Assembly: GCA_020184695.1 (NCBI GenBank)
Contig: JAANOX010000091.1
Span: forward strand, 53,181 to 117,180
Direction: 5' to 3'
DNA from: Histomonas meleagridis 2922-C6/04-290x
Taxonomy: Eukaryota; Protista; Parabasalia
Length of the DNA: 64,000 bases
Shown in pieces: positions 1 to 11,360 of this stretch (position 1 is the first letter of the stretch; every line of letters begins with the position of its first letter). Under the pieces are notes generated by a model. That model did no database searches. It had not been told where the DNA came from and was given only the letters and a program-made list of their open reading frames with translations. The translations under genes were made by a program, and so were the position numbers.

Positions 1-1536
1 AATGATCGAAATGAATTTTTAGAATTATTTTCAACACAAATTCCATTATTATTAATATATTCGATTATTAATAAATCAAATGAGTTATTTTATATTGGAA
101 AATTCCATCCATTATTAGACTCTTTATTAGATTCAACATTATTTCGATTTACTAAAAACATTTCGGAGTTTTCGACGAAGAATTTAGAATTATTACAACA
201 AAAGAATTTAATGTTAAATGCTTCAACATTAAATAAGTCATATATTATTAAATTAGAAGAAAAAGAAAACATTCGAAATGTATTATCATATGATAATGAT
301 TTAATACAATTAATCATTAATTTGTTTAATGAAATATTTCCGAATTTCATTGAGAACTTTTTATCTAAATTAATTCCTTTAACATTTCAAATAAAACCAA
401 ATTATGACCGAATCATTGAACCATTTTTAATATTAATAACATTAACGAAATCATTATCAATTAATTCATATTATTATTTATTATTATATTTATTAAATGT
501 CTTTAAGAATAAAGAAACTATAGTTATTGATTGTTGTATTGATTGTATATATAAACATTTAATAACTACAAATGATATAAATGATGAAAAAACATTTCCA
601 ACGTTAATAATATTTATAATATTATTATCAATGAATGATTTAAAGTCAAGTTTAATCATCCATATAATGAAATTAATTAAAAAAATCATTAATTTAATCA
701 TTCAAAACAATAACAAAAATGAATTAATCGAAAAAATCATAAATTATTTAAATAAATTTAGTGGAGAAAATTATATAATTTCTATATTCATACATTATAT
801 CTCTGAATCATTAACTTTCGGAGATAATTTCATCAAAGAAATTATTTTATGTTTATATTCATTCTCTAAAATTTATAAAAGTGATGATAATTTATGTGAA
901 CTTTTATCATTGTTACTTGACGCTACTCGTTATTTCATAGGTCAAAAATGTGGAAGACCTATCGATAAAGTTTTGGATGAAATAAAATTCGAAACTTTCG
1001 ATGAATTTGCGGAAATTTTCGTTTCCAAATTTGATAATGAGAAACAAATTGTTTTCGCATTAAGTTTTATATGTAATATGATCAAATGTTATAAGAACGT
1101 CGACTTAAATAAAGATACAACTTCGATATTAATGATAAACTCAATCATAAAATATTCGAAAGTTAAACTAAATAATATTTTCATACAAAATTTAATAAAA
1201 TTCATTTCGTTGGTTTCATTGACATGTAATGATATAGGAAAAGAATTGGCCCCTTTGATAATCGTCGAGTTGATGAAGAAAAACGATTTCGATGTTGCGC
1301 CGGAAATATTTTGTTATTCTTTGTTGACGCCGAAATTCGTCACCGCAAAGTTTAAACAATATAACTATTACTTGGATCACGAGAAGACAATTGTGGACCC
1401 GTCATGTTTGCCACAGTTCCAAACTTATAACTTGCCCGGAATTGAGGAATCGATCGTAAATGACTTGTGGAAGTTAATCGAAAAAATGATTAACAAAAAT
1501 GAAATGAAATTTTCTATAAATAAAGAAACAAAATAA
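1..1536 (+). CDS. Hypothetical alpha-helical protein, 5'-truncated by the window edge
   Basis: Frame 1 is open from base 1 into the listed 441-aa ORF (211-1536). The sequence is L/I-rich and helical, with no motif recognised. Confidence 0.7.
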   Translation, partial: NDRNEFLELFSTQIPLLLIYSIINKSNELFYIGKFHPLLDSLLDSTLFRFTKNISEFSTKNLELLQQKNLMLNASTLNKSYIIKLEEKENIRNVLSYDNDLIQLIINLFNEIFPNFIENFLSKLIPLTFQIKPNYDRIIEPFLILITLTKSLSINSYYYLLLYLLNVFKNKETIVIDCCIDCIYKHLITTNDINDEKTFPTLIIFIILLSMNDLKSSLIIHIMKLIKKIINLIIQNNNKNELIEKIINYLNKFSGENYIISIFIHYISESLTFGDNFIKEIILCLYSFSKIYKSDDNLCELLSLLLDATRYFIGQKCGRPIDKVLDEIKFETFDEFAEIFVSKFDNEKQIVFALSFICNMIKCYKNVDLNKDTTSILMINSIIKYSKVKLNNIFIQNLIKFISLVSLTCNDIGKELAPLIIVELMKKNDFDVAPEIFCYSLLTPKFVTAKFKQYNYYLDHEKTIVDPSCLPQFQTYNLPGIEESIVNDLWKLIEKMINKNEMKFSINKETK

Positions 1537-2053
1537 GTTGTGGATTAGAAATTGAATCTTTGTTGTGATTTTTAGTAATTTATTGATGTTAAATGCAATC
1601 GATATAACTTGTGACAACTTAAATTATGCATTTGTTTATGAATAATTTTTTTTATTCGTTTCAAGAAAATGGTCAAATTATTTTATGAAGTATTGAATTT
1701 TTGAATGTTTAATCGGCCAGTATCAATTCAAATATAAACTTTTTCAATGACAAAAAAATGAGTCTTCAAAATCATTGCTCACTTAATGCTTTGAAGCCTA
1801 ATAAAAAATAAAATTGGCAATATTTATTTGTATGTTTATGATTCATATCAAATGTTTATGAAAAGGAATATTAAAAAAACGTTGGACATTTTGCTGCTAG
1901 AGTCATTGAAAATGATTGTCAATTTTCAAAACATAAACGTCCATTTTTACACAAATTTGTCATAAAAATACGATACTTTTTCATTCAATTTATCACCGTT
2001 GAATTGATAACCGCTGAATTTTTGCCTAAATTTTTGTAATTTTTTTATTTACA

Positions 2054-2488
2054 ATGAATCAAACTCTTCTCACGAATTCAGCAAAAAATATAGAATCAGA
2101 AGACGTGCTCATACAAAATGATAATGAGTCAAATCCTTTCAATAAAGCTTATGATCCAGAAGTCCATTTTGATCCTCCAATCAACGACTTATCTTCTTCA
2201 ATAGAACCACTTTCACAAAACTTTGAACCAGATACAGAGTATGTTGATGTGGAACAACTTGAACAACAACAACAATCAGGAACTTTGGGAACATTGAAAA
2301 AAGGAATCAAAAATGGATTTGAAATTGCTGATTACGTTACTGGAACTGTAGTTTCTAAAACTGGTGAAGTACTTGCTCCAGTAACTTCAGCTGTTGCTCC
2401 AGTAATCAATGATATTGGAAAAATGATTGTTGACACTTCTTCTAAAGTCAACAAAGCTGTTTGGGACTTCTTGTCAGGTTTAAATTAA
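2054..2488 (+). CDS. Hypothetical protein (acidic N-terminus, amphipathic-looking C-terminus)
   Basis: 144-aa ATG ORF with coding-like codon usage; no family recognised. Confidence 0.6.
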   Translation: MNQTLLTNSAKNIESEDVLIQNDNESNPFNKAYDPEVHFDPPINDLSSSIEPLSQNFEPDTEYVDVEQLEQQQQSGTLGTLKKGIKNGFEIADYVTGTVVSKTGEVLAPVTSAVAPVINDIGKMIVDTSSKVNKAVWDFLSGLN

Positions 2489-2879
2489 TGCCCAATATAG
2501 GAAATCAAATTTATCATAAATAATTAATTTTTTCAATCGTTTTTTAATAAATATCTTATTTAAAAAATATCCATGAATCAATGATTTTTACCAATCAAAG
2601 AGATTAAGGTCAAAGAGATTAAATTTTACATAAAATTAACCTGATGACTTACCATATAATAATTGGCTGTTCATCAAAACAAATTTCCACTAAATTTCTC
2701 TATAGGGAAAACATAAAAATATATATTACATTTAACCAAAATCAAGACTATAGGGAAAACCAAGAACATTATATTGCCAGAAATGATTATTTCACATCAT
2801 ATATTAATCCGATGAAAATCACAATAGTTGAAGCAGCTATATAAACTTTAGTGAAATTATTTAAATCAGCTCATTAAAA

Positions 2880-3388
2880 ATGTATGAATATGAGCTTGAA
2901 AGTAATGCGTTCAGAGAATGGCCTTTATTAACATCAGTAATAATTGGAAAGTCAGTGGTAAATATAAATAATGGCGCATTTGCATCATGTAAAAAATTAG
3001 AATATGTACAATTTCCAGAAAAATTAATGAGAGGAATTGGAGAAATTGCATTTTATGAATGTATTTCATTAGTTAATATTACAATTCGTTTTCACTTCTA
3101 TTATGAATTAAATTATGCATTTGCTTATTGTAATAATTTAGAAACAATTTTTATTGGTGAAAATGTTAATTATATTGGCTCTTGTGCATTTATTAATTAT
3201 ATATCACTTAAATGTATTCATTTTAATGGAGAAATTTCACCAGAAAACAAAATGATATATTTGTTAAAATAAATGCGACAATAGTTATGACATTAGAAAC
3301 ATATCAAAATGAAACATTTGGAAATATGAATGTTGCTAAGGGAACAACACTTGACGAATGTATCCCGCCAACACTCACATTCACATAA
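2880..3388 (+). pseudogene. BspA-like (TpLRR/LRR_5) surface protein fragment, frameshifted
   Basis: Repeats such as AFASCKKLEYVQFPEKL, IGEIAFYECISLVNITI and AFAYCNNLETIFIGENVNYIG match the BspA LRR pattern. The reading continues in another frame after about 3250 (DIFVKINATIVMTLETYQNETFG) to TAA at 3386-3388. Confidence 0.7.
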
Positions 3389-3696
3389 AGTGATACATTT
3401 CGTCTTATTGGTGTTTTTCTGACTTTTATACATTAGTTGTCACTGATGTTGCACCAAAAGATAATTCGATATCAAATGAATTGTTAATTGGTATTATATC
3501 TTTATAAACCGAAAAAAGTCGGTCATAATTTTTCTTTGATTAAAAAGTGCGCCGTAAACATTTAAATTTTGAAAAGGCTTTCAATTTCATAACAAAAATT
3601 CAAATGTTAAAGGGAAACAATGAATTTTGATTCCAATGAATCTTTATAACCATCGGCTTTTTCAGCACATAATTCCATTTAAGATAAAAGCCAAAA

Positions 3697-4194
3697 ATGA
3701 GTGATGAAATTAAAATTTCAATAGAATGGTTGCCAGGCGCTGTTCTCCCTGTGAGGACAAGCAGATTTGTCACAGTACGCCATCTAATCAACTTTTTACA
3801 ATTTTCATGTTTTCCCGATGAAAAAATGTATTTATTCTATAATGATGAACTATTAGATCCTTCAAGAACCTTGCAAACGCAAGGAATTACAAATGGAGAT
3901 GTAGTCAAATGTAAAATAATCCAAGATAAAGAAATATATAATAAAATATTTTTTTCATATAATCAATCAGTTCAAAATGAAATAGCACGTATTGCTGATT
4001 TGATAGGAGATAAAGAAAGCGTTGAAAAAAATTTATCAAGTTCAAGTTCTTATTCATCATATTCTGATTGCGATCCATACCAATATATATCTAGTGATAA
4101 TACTGATATGTCAACATCAAAAGATATACCATCAGATCCTCTACCAATAATTTGGGGGAACGATATGTTCGATCAAAATACAACATCTGGGTAA
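3697..4194 (+). CDS. Ubiquitin-like domain protein with Ser-rich C-terminus
   Basis: The N-terminal ~75 aa (VTVRHLINFLQ...MYLFYNDELLDPSRTLQTQGITNGDVVKC) fit a beta-grasp Ubl pattern. Confidence 0.6.
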   Translation: MSDEIKISIEWLPGAVLPVRTSRFVTVRHLINFLQFSCFPDEKMYLFYNDELLDPSRTLQTQGITNGDVVKCKIIQDKEIYNKIFFSYNQSVQNEIARIADLIGDKESVEKNLSSSSSYSSYSDCDPYQYISSDNTDMSTSKDIPSDPLPIIWGNDMFDQNTTSG

Positions 4195-5525
4195 TAACTG
4201 AAATAATTAATTTGGTGAAACGTGTAATAATGTATATGTATCATATATATTGCGAAAAACTTCATATAGGGTAAATATAATTTTATGGAAAGTTTTGCTA
4301 TATTGAGAACAACTTTATCTCAAAATTTGAATATGATTGGCAGTTTAATTGTTAATTGAATTTTGAATTTGATTTTCAATATGATCGGTTTATATTTGTG
4401 AGATATTGTCCGGAACCAACGCTGACAGCAAAATCTTCATAGAAAAAATTGTGTGATTTTCAACACAACGCCCCAAAAAAAGAAGTTTTTGTCAATTTTA
4501 AATGCACGAAAAACAACCAAAAAACCTGACTCCAGAAAAATGGGTTATAAAATGTAAATCATTCAAATTTCGAAGTTCACATAGGAACACCTTTTTTTAA
4601 TTGGCGATAATAATTTACTCCCATAACATAATCATCAACAGCTCTAATGAATAAGTGTTAATAAAAAAATCATAGTACATAATGCATCATAATTAATTCC
4701 AAAAAATCCTTAATGCAATAAAGATCAAATTATAGAACTTTATATGAATTCAATCAAAGCATCATCATCAATAAGAAAAGTTCATGAAAAAATATAAATA
4801 TTATTGCATTTGATTTTAGAAAAATATTATTTCAACCTTTTATCTGCCTTCGAATGAAGCTAATTACGCTTTTACTCAAATAGATTTAAAATAATAATAA
4901 AATTCCCTTATAGAATATATTTAATGTATTATTCAAATTTCCAAGTATTTTATAAGAAATTCTTCAAAAACAAATCAAAAATAAGCCAATAAAATATGAA
5001 AAAAAATTCACATTTCTATACCTATATATAATATGAACATATCATAAATTTTCAACATAAAAAGACTTTTCATTCAGATGCAGATTTAATACAAATATTT
5101 GAGGCTCAAAATGGCAATAGGATCATATTGCAATATGATGTAATACATACAAACATCCTATCGTTTTTTTTTTTTTTTTCATTTTCAGAAAAAAGTGGCT
5201 ATTGCTAAAATAAGTTATCATGGAAAATGCATTCATAAAATCAAATCAGACAGCGTTTTAGCTGATTTGTATCTTTCTGGAGCTCTTTCAGATTTTTGGA
5301 AGCTACAAATTCAAACAGGAGTTAATTCATCTTATTGCATTTGTCTTAATTGTTATCATCAATTTGCAAATACACAAAAAGAGTGTTCAAGAACAGAATT
5401 AGAATACTTCACACTTTCTTTATGACTTTGTTTATCCTTTTAACATTTTATGTTTTGAATGTAAAAAACGTTTTGAATGTCCCAAAAAGTTCATAGAGCT
5501 CTATTCAAAAAGTGAAATAAGAATT

Positions 5526-6281
5526 TTACTTAGTTTCTTCGGTTTTGGCTTCTTCCTCGACTGGGCGAGCGACTTCAGCAGCCTTTGTGACTGCGCGTCC
5601 TTGATGGAGCTTCTTAAGCTCTTCGCTGCTGAATGTTGGTGCTTTAATAACCTTAATCTTTGTAACATATACGTTATCAACCTGCATGATGGTCTTGCAT
5701 TTCTCAACAATTGCTTTTTCAATGGTTTCGTTGACAATTGTGTTGCACAATTCTGGAATTGTTGACTTTCCAATTGTCTCTTTCATGATGGCAATACATG
5801 CGTCTCTGATTTCACGCTTCTTGGATTGTTGTGCATAGCATGCTTTTTTGTTAGGGTTTAACTTCTTGGTGAAGCCAATGCTGAAAGCGCGAAGAATGTA
5901 TCCATCAGCTGTACGAACATCAACTTGAGCATTGATGAGTGTACGATACTTACGGAGGAGGGAAGAGAGCTTATCGTTTGTGAGTCTCATTCCAGCAAAA
6001 ACTGTTAAAACATCATTGTTTTGAACATCAACTGATTTCCAGCTGAAGAGACGGTATGCATGTGATTGTTCATCAACAAGATCACCATGGGAAAGTTCGA
6101 AAACACGGTTGTTGAGGTAATCGGCTGGTGTCTTACCACGAGCACATTTGTGTGAAACTGTGAATCCAATGTCACGTTTTGAAAAGAACCCTGGGACGAA
6201 AACGTGGCGCCATTCCTTTTTAAGGAAAGTATCTTGCTTGATCTTTTTTGAGGCCTTGCCCTTTTGCTGAGCCTTACCCAT
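5526..6281 (-). CDS. RPS3A: 40S ribosomal protein S3a (eS1)
   Basis: Conserved eS1 motifs DTFLKKEW, NRVFELSHGDL and VDVRTADGYILRAFSIGFTKK; highly expressed-type codon usage. Confidence 0.97.
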   Translation of the reverse strand: MGKAQQKGKASKKIKQDTFLKKEWRHVFVPGFFSKRDIGFTVSHKCARGKTPADYLNNRVFELSHGDLVDEQSHAYRLFSWKSVDVQNNDVLTVFAGMRLTNDKLSSLLRKYRTLINAQVDVRTADGYILRAFSIGFTKKLNPNKKACYAQQSKKREIRDACIAIMKETIGKSTIPELCNTIVNETIEKAIVEKCKTIMQVDNVYVTKIKVIKAPTFSSEELKKLHQGRAVTKAAEVARPVEEEAKTEETK

Positions 6282-6287
6282 TTTCCA

Positions 6288-6308
6288 AAAGGATGGACCA
6301 CAACCGCT
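6288..6308 (-). promoter_or_regulatory. Trichomonad core promoter M3 (AGCGGTTG) plus M5 (CCTTT) of RPS3A
   Basis: On the minus strand AGCGGTTG lies at 6308-6301 and CCTTT at 6292-6288, just upstream of the ATG. This matches the T. vaginalis M3/M5 arrangement known for ribosomal-protein genes. Confidence 0.75.
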
Positions 6309-6629
6309 CTATCGTTAGTATGAGTAAACATCGGAAAACTAAATGTGATAATTAACGGTCGACACCAATCAAGATCTTGATTGGAGCAACTATCCAAAAG
6401 TACACATCAAATTTTCTTCATATGTATAAAACCCCTTGAAAAGAAACACTGAAATCACCATTTTTTAATCAAATAAAAAATAAAAAAAAAATTTAATTCA
6501 AAATATATAGGAATAGGAATATCTCGAAAATCATTCATTAAATTAATGTCAAACATGAATAATTAATACAACTTATATTTTAAACAGAAATAATTATTTT
6601 TTAATGAAATTAACTTTGAAATCTCGAGA

Positions 6630-6980
6630 TTCTATTGGTTTATTTTGTTCAATTTTATTGTCAAATATATAACTAAAAATATCATTTCGATGAAATTCAA
6701 TCGCTGTTTCAAGTGTATCTTTAAATGATTAATTATTTTGTTCGCATAAATGAACTATTTCAAGATTTCCATCTGCAATTGCATATTTACCTGTTTTATC
6801 TAATTTTGCTCCATTCATAAAGTGATGGTTTAATTATTTAATCAAAATTAAAATTGTTTTTAAAGTTTTTCTATTTCATCATTTCGAATTATTTTCTCAA
6901 TTTCATTTGGATTAACTCTTTCTTTGACGTATTGCTTATGAAGTTCCCAATCATTCTTTGAAAGTTTATCATAATTACCA
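6630..6980 (-). pseudogene. Degenerate DUF3447-ankyrin family remnant (locus A)
   Basis: Fragments NYDKLSKNDWELHKQY, IIRNDEIEKL, GKYAIADGNLEIVHLCEQN and ETAIEFHRNDIF match loci B, C and D, with stops and an internal deletion. Confidence 0.8.
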
Positions 6981-7371
6981 TAGAATTATTTTGTTATTGT
7001 TCATTGTTACTTAAAGGCGTCATTAAATATTGTTGGAATCGATGAATCGCAGAATAACAAATTGATATACAATGATAATCAATAAATCCAATATTTTTCA
7101 TTGTTATTTTGTCCGAACATAAATTCATTAAATGAATGTTTCTCACTCGAAAGTATTCGAATATGTATCCTTTGATGTACGTAATGTTTATTTACGTTCT
7201 TCATATTCATTTCATATAAAGAAACAGATTAATGATTCAAACCATTTTCCTGATTCGAATAATAATCGTCCTAATTTCGGATATATAATAATATAGACAG
7301 ATGAATAAAGTCTAATGCCTTCATTACATTTACCTAAGTATACACGCGCTTTAGAAAATGCTTCGATGTCA

Positions 7372-8898
7372 TTACTCTTCTTTAATATACGGATCGGCTG
7401 CTTGAATACGATATTCATTAGGGAAATTATAATTAATAATGTTTTGCTCAATATGTTTTTCTTGAGCTAGTCGTAATACTGCATCCCATTGTTCATAATT
7501 CGCATATATTTTTAATGCTTCTTCATTAATTCCAACTTCTTCAAGTTCTTTTACCTTTTTTTCAAATTATTAAAACATATTTCAAATTATTTAAACAAAT
7601 TATAAATTATTAAATAATATTCCAAATTATACAAATGAATAGTTTTTGCATTAACATCAATTCCTTTATCTAAAAGTAATTTTACTATTTCTATATTTTT
7701 ATTTCTAACTGCTATATGAAGTGCTGTTTCAAATTATTAAAACATATATAAAATTATTAAAACATATTATAAATTATTAAAACATATTCTAAATTATTAA
7801 AACATATTCTAAATTATTAAAACATATATAAAATTATTTAAACAAATTCTTGTTGCATTAACATCAATTCCTTTTTCTTCCAAAAATATTAAAATTTCAT
7901 AATTATCTTTTTTAATGCAAAAACTTATCAAATCATTTGCACCTTCAGACATTTTCGGTATTGATTGTATTTTTTCTAATTTATTTGCATAAATATATTT
8001 AAAGATATCATTTTGATGAAATTCTATTGCTGTTTCATATGCACCTTCAAATGATGAATGATTTTGTTCACACAAATGAATAATTTCTTCATTTCCGCCT
8101 ACAACTGCGTATTTACCTGTATTTTTTACATTTGAACCATTCATAAGTAAATATTTAAAACATTTAACTGATCCAAAAAATGCTGCATAATCAATTAATG
8201 TAACATTTTTATGATTAATAAATGAACAGCTTTCATAAATTGATGGCTGAATTTTTTGGTTAAAATCAAAATTTGTTTGTGATGATATTTCTTGAAGTTT
8301 TTCTAATTCATCATTTCGAATTATTTTTGATATTTCATTCGGATTAATTCCTTCTTTAATTAGTTTCTTATGAAGTTCCCAATCATTCTTTGAAAGTTCT
8401 TCATAATTTTTTTTAAATATATTCAATAGAGTCATAATTTCCTAATTCGTTAATTGTTTCATTTTGCATGTATTGTATAAAATATCCTATAGAATCATTT
8501 GAATGTTCGATATTTTTAATGATTTTTTTATCAAGTAAATTATCTTCAATCATTTTTGTAAGAAGATAATATGATTCTTGTGTATTTTTACAAACAAGAA
8601 AATGTCCATATATATCAAAAATGTCAATATCTTTATGAATGTTCATTTCTAGTTTTTTGATTTCTTTAAGAAAATCCAAATATAAATCAATATCTTTCAT
8701 TCGTATGATAATAATTGCATATGTAATCCTAACTATAATTAAATTAAAAGAGAATGGATAAATATTATCAAATTTACTCATGATTGATTTTGAAGATTGA
8801 ATAATATTTTCTTTATTTAAATTGAATATTAAATTCTTAATATATAAGAATGTTTCCAATTCGTTTTCATGAATTTCGCTTTTTGCTTGAGATTCCAT
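7372..8898 (-). CDS. DUF3447-ankyrin protein (locus B) with a frameshift near 8413-8435 and two 20-nt-unit intervening arrays
   Basis: ORFs 8898-8413 and 8435-7809 join into one parabasalid DUF3447-type protein (IDYAAFFGSVKCFKYLLMNG, AIEFHQNDIF). These are followed by an intact ankyrin module at 7727-7641 (TALHIAVRNKNIEIVKLLLDKGIDVNAKT) and a further open segment at 7560-7372. Confidence 0.7.
7561..7640 (-). repeat. Intervening tandem array B2 (17 + 3x20 + 3 nt)
   Basis: 80 nt following ...VNAKT, made of the units GGAATATTATTTAATAATTT, ATAATTTGTTTAAATAATTT and GAAATATGTTTTAATAATTT. Confidence 0.92.
7728..7847 (-). repeat. Intervening tandem array B1 (17 + 5x20 + 3 nt; unit consensus NNNATATGTTTTAATAATTT)
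   Basis: Read directly from the sequence. It is 120 nt long, lies between the ankyrin codons ...NATR and TAL..., and contains an in-frame TAG. Confidence 0.95.
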
Positions 8899-9230
8899 TT
8901 AAAATGCCACTAATGTATAATGTATAGTTTACACAATCGTTTTTATCTCACATTATTAAGAAACTTTTGAAATTCTTCTGACTTTTCTCGATAAGAAATA
9001 TCAGATTTATAAATCTTTTATCCACATGTGAGTGTTATCAATTTAATTACTTATGTTGCATAAATTGAACATTTAATTTTGTAATCAGGCGATTATTACT
9101 TCTGATTTGATTTTGAATTCAGCAGTTGACGAGAAATATCAACAAAAATATTTCCAAAAGCAGATCAAAACAAAATTGTATTTCATAATAAAATTTATTT
9201 ATAAAATCAAACATTTCAATAACATTAATA

Positions 9231-11360
9231 CTATTCGAATTCATCCCATCTAAAGATTTCATGACAAACACTTTCGTCACTGCATCTTTTTACGAACTCT
9301 TTTTCACATCCAATTAAAGACATAATTCCATTTGCGAACTTACTCCATAATTTACTTTGGTTTTCCAGCACCAAAAATCTCGAGAAGTTATTGTTGAAAA
9401 CTATTTTATGATTTAAGAACAAAAATGTTGGTAAAACATCTTCGCAATTTGCAAACAACAATGTTGTACGAAATATAAAATTCGAAATTTCTCCTTTCGT
9501 ATTACTTTTCATTTTATTTTTAACATGATCTGTTATAACTTTTAATTTCTTTTGGAAGAGAATAATTAATTTTAATCTTTTCCCAAATCCATAACTTCTA
9601 AGAGTCGAAAATGTTTGACTTACAATTGCTAAATATTTCATTTTAATACATTCTTCATATTTCTTTCTTTCTTTTATCCATATGTTTTCTTTCCAACAAT
9701 TTAAAATGTTCTTAAATTTGTTTTTAATTTCATCAAATTTTAAACCTTTTCGAAATTCGACAATATCCAAAACATTACAAAACAAATCAAATAATGAATC
9801 ATTCGGAATCTTTATGTCATTAACAATCGAATCAATTACTGTTGAAATTTTGATTCTCAAATTGTTTTCGAGATTATCTTTGATGAATTTCCGTGAAAAT
9901 GTATGGAAAAGTGTTCGCAAACCAATTTCTAACGCTTGATTCATATTCCGTAATTTGAAATATTCTTCTTGCGCTATAATTGCTTGTTCAACATTCAAAA
10001 AATTTGTTTTATATTTCTCTAAAAGTTTATTTAATAGGTAAACATAAAGTTTTTGATTTGTTTTATATTTATTTATCATGTTTAAGATATTAATCGAATT
10101 GTTTTTACATGAAATTTGTTTCCATAGTCGTGAATAATCATCGCTTTCATTTATTTGGTCAATATGTGGATATTTTAACCCAAATAATTCAGAGCATGTT
10201 GAATTAAATTCATTATCTTTACTAAGCTTTGGGAAAAATGGAATTAAATAAGGTTGAAATGAATATGTAAATTGAAGCTTTTTCTTTTTATCATAATAGT
10301 TGTTAAAATCACTAGATCGTGACATTATTTCAGTGAACTGAAATATACTGTATTCACTCATAAGTAATGTTATATCATTTCTATGAGATACACGTTCAGG
10401 ATATAATTCATTTCGATTATTATTATTATTATTTTGAGGTGAGTTCAAAAATAATTCAACAAATGAAATAACATCATTTTTATATTCGTTATTTACATTT
10501 TGTAAAAATTTAATGTAAAGATCATTGAAATCATTTGACGGGAAAAGTGTCAACGAATCCTTTTGTAAAATAAACGGTTCCAACAGAATTTGATTTACAA
10601 AATTGTCATAAAATTCCGGTTCTACAGCAAAAACATCGTAAAAACTAATAAAGGCTTTAAGGTGGTTCTCAGATAAATCAAAAAGTGCAGTTTGTATTGA
10701 TTTATATGTCATGTTGATAAAGGATTGATATGGAATTTCATTTGTTCGGATTATGGCAAAAGATAAAATACGCGTAGATAAAAAATTCCATAAACTACTA
10801 TAAAATGACATAGCGGAATTGAAATAGGATGTAAGTAAATGCGATGAAAAAATGAAATTTTGTGATATTTTGAAAAAATTGGTAAGATAAACAAGAGCTA
10901 TGCTGGATTGACGTTTTGGTATAAAATGAGAAAAAATAGATGGAAAAGTGCAATATGAAAAAACAAAAATTTCTGAAAAGTCAAGATAAAAATATTTTAT
11001 GGTTGCAAGTGCAAATGTTTCGGGATTTGATAAGGCAGCTGAAAGTTCGAATGTAAGATTCTGTACAAATAAAGGTGAATATTTTTTATGAATAATTTTT
11101 GGATCTTCATATATTATTTTGAGAAGAGAAGGAGCAGATGGTACATCAAAAAATGTATTGCTTTCATTCAGGTAAAGTTTTAATAAACCCATCCCATTAA
11201 GATAGAAAAGATTTCGTAAGTAAATTTGATTGAACTGATTATTTGCATTTACCATAGATTTTCCCATTGAATACTCAAAAAATGGGCGATATAATTCGAT
11301 TTCTTTAATTTTATTAATAATTTTTTGTTCATTTGTATCTGATTCGTCTTGTTGACTCAT
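9231..11360 (-). CDS. Hypothetical protein (709 aa)
   Basis: Long uninterrupted ATG ORF; no motif recognised. Confidence 0.75.
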   Translation of the reverse strand: MSQQDESDTNEQKIINKIKEIELYRPFFEYSMGKSMVNANNQFNQIYLRNLFYLNGMGLLKLYLNESNTFFDVPSAPSLLKIIYEDPKIIHKKYSPLFVQNLTFELSAALSNPETFALATIKYFYLDFSEIFVFSYCTFPSIFSHFIPKRQSSIALVYLTNFFKISQNFIFSSHLLTSYFNSAMSFYSSLWNFLSTRILSFAIIRTNEIPYQSFINMTYKSIQTALFDLSENHLKAFISFYDVFAVEPEFYDNFVNQILLEPFILQKDSLTLFPSNDFNDLYIKFLQNVNNEYKNDVISFVELFLNSPQNNNNNNRNELYPERVSHRNDITLLMSEYSIFQFTEIMSRSSDFNNYYDKKKKLQFTYSFQPYLIPFFPKLSKDNEFNSTCSELFGLKYPHIDQINESDDYSRLWKQISCKNNSINILNMINKYKTNQKLYVYLLNKLLEKYKTNFLNVEQAIIAQEEYFKLRNMNQALEIGLRTLFHTFSRKFIKDNLENNLRIKISTVIDSIVNDIKIPNDSLFDLFCNVLDIVEFRKGLKFDEIKNKFKNILNCWKENIWIKERKKYEECIKMKYLAIVSQTFSTLRSYGFGKRLKLIILFQKKLKVITDHVKNKMKSNTKGEISNFIFRTTLLFANCEDVLPTFLFLNHKIVFNNNFSRFLVLENQSKLWSKFANGIMSLIGCEKEFVKRCSDESVCHEIFRWDEFE

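Noticed and set aside
2597-2760. Short local direct repeats (CAAAGAGATTAA twice; CTATAGGGAAAAC twice)
   Set aside because: They are too short and isolated, consistent with local duplication upstream of a decayed BspA-like gene.
5501-6397. ORFs 5501-5773 and 6005-6397 overlapping RPS3A
   Set aside because: These are alternate-frame shadows of a conserved, codon-biased gene.
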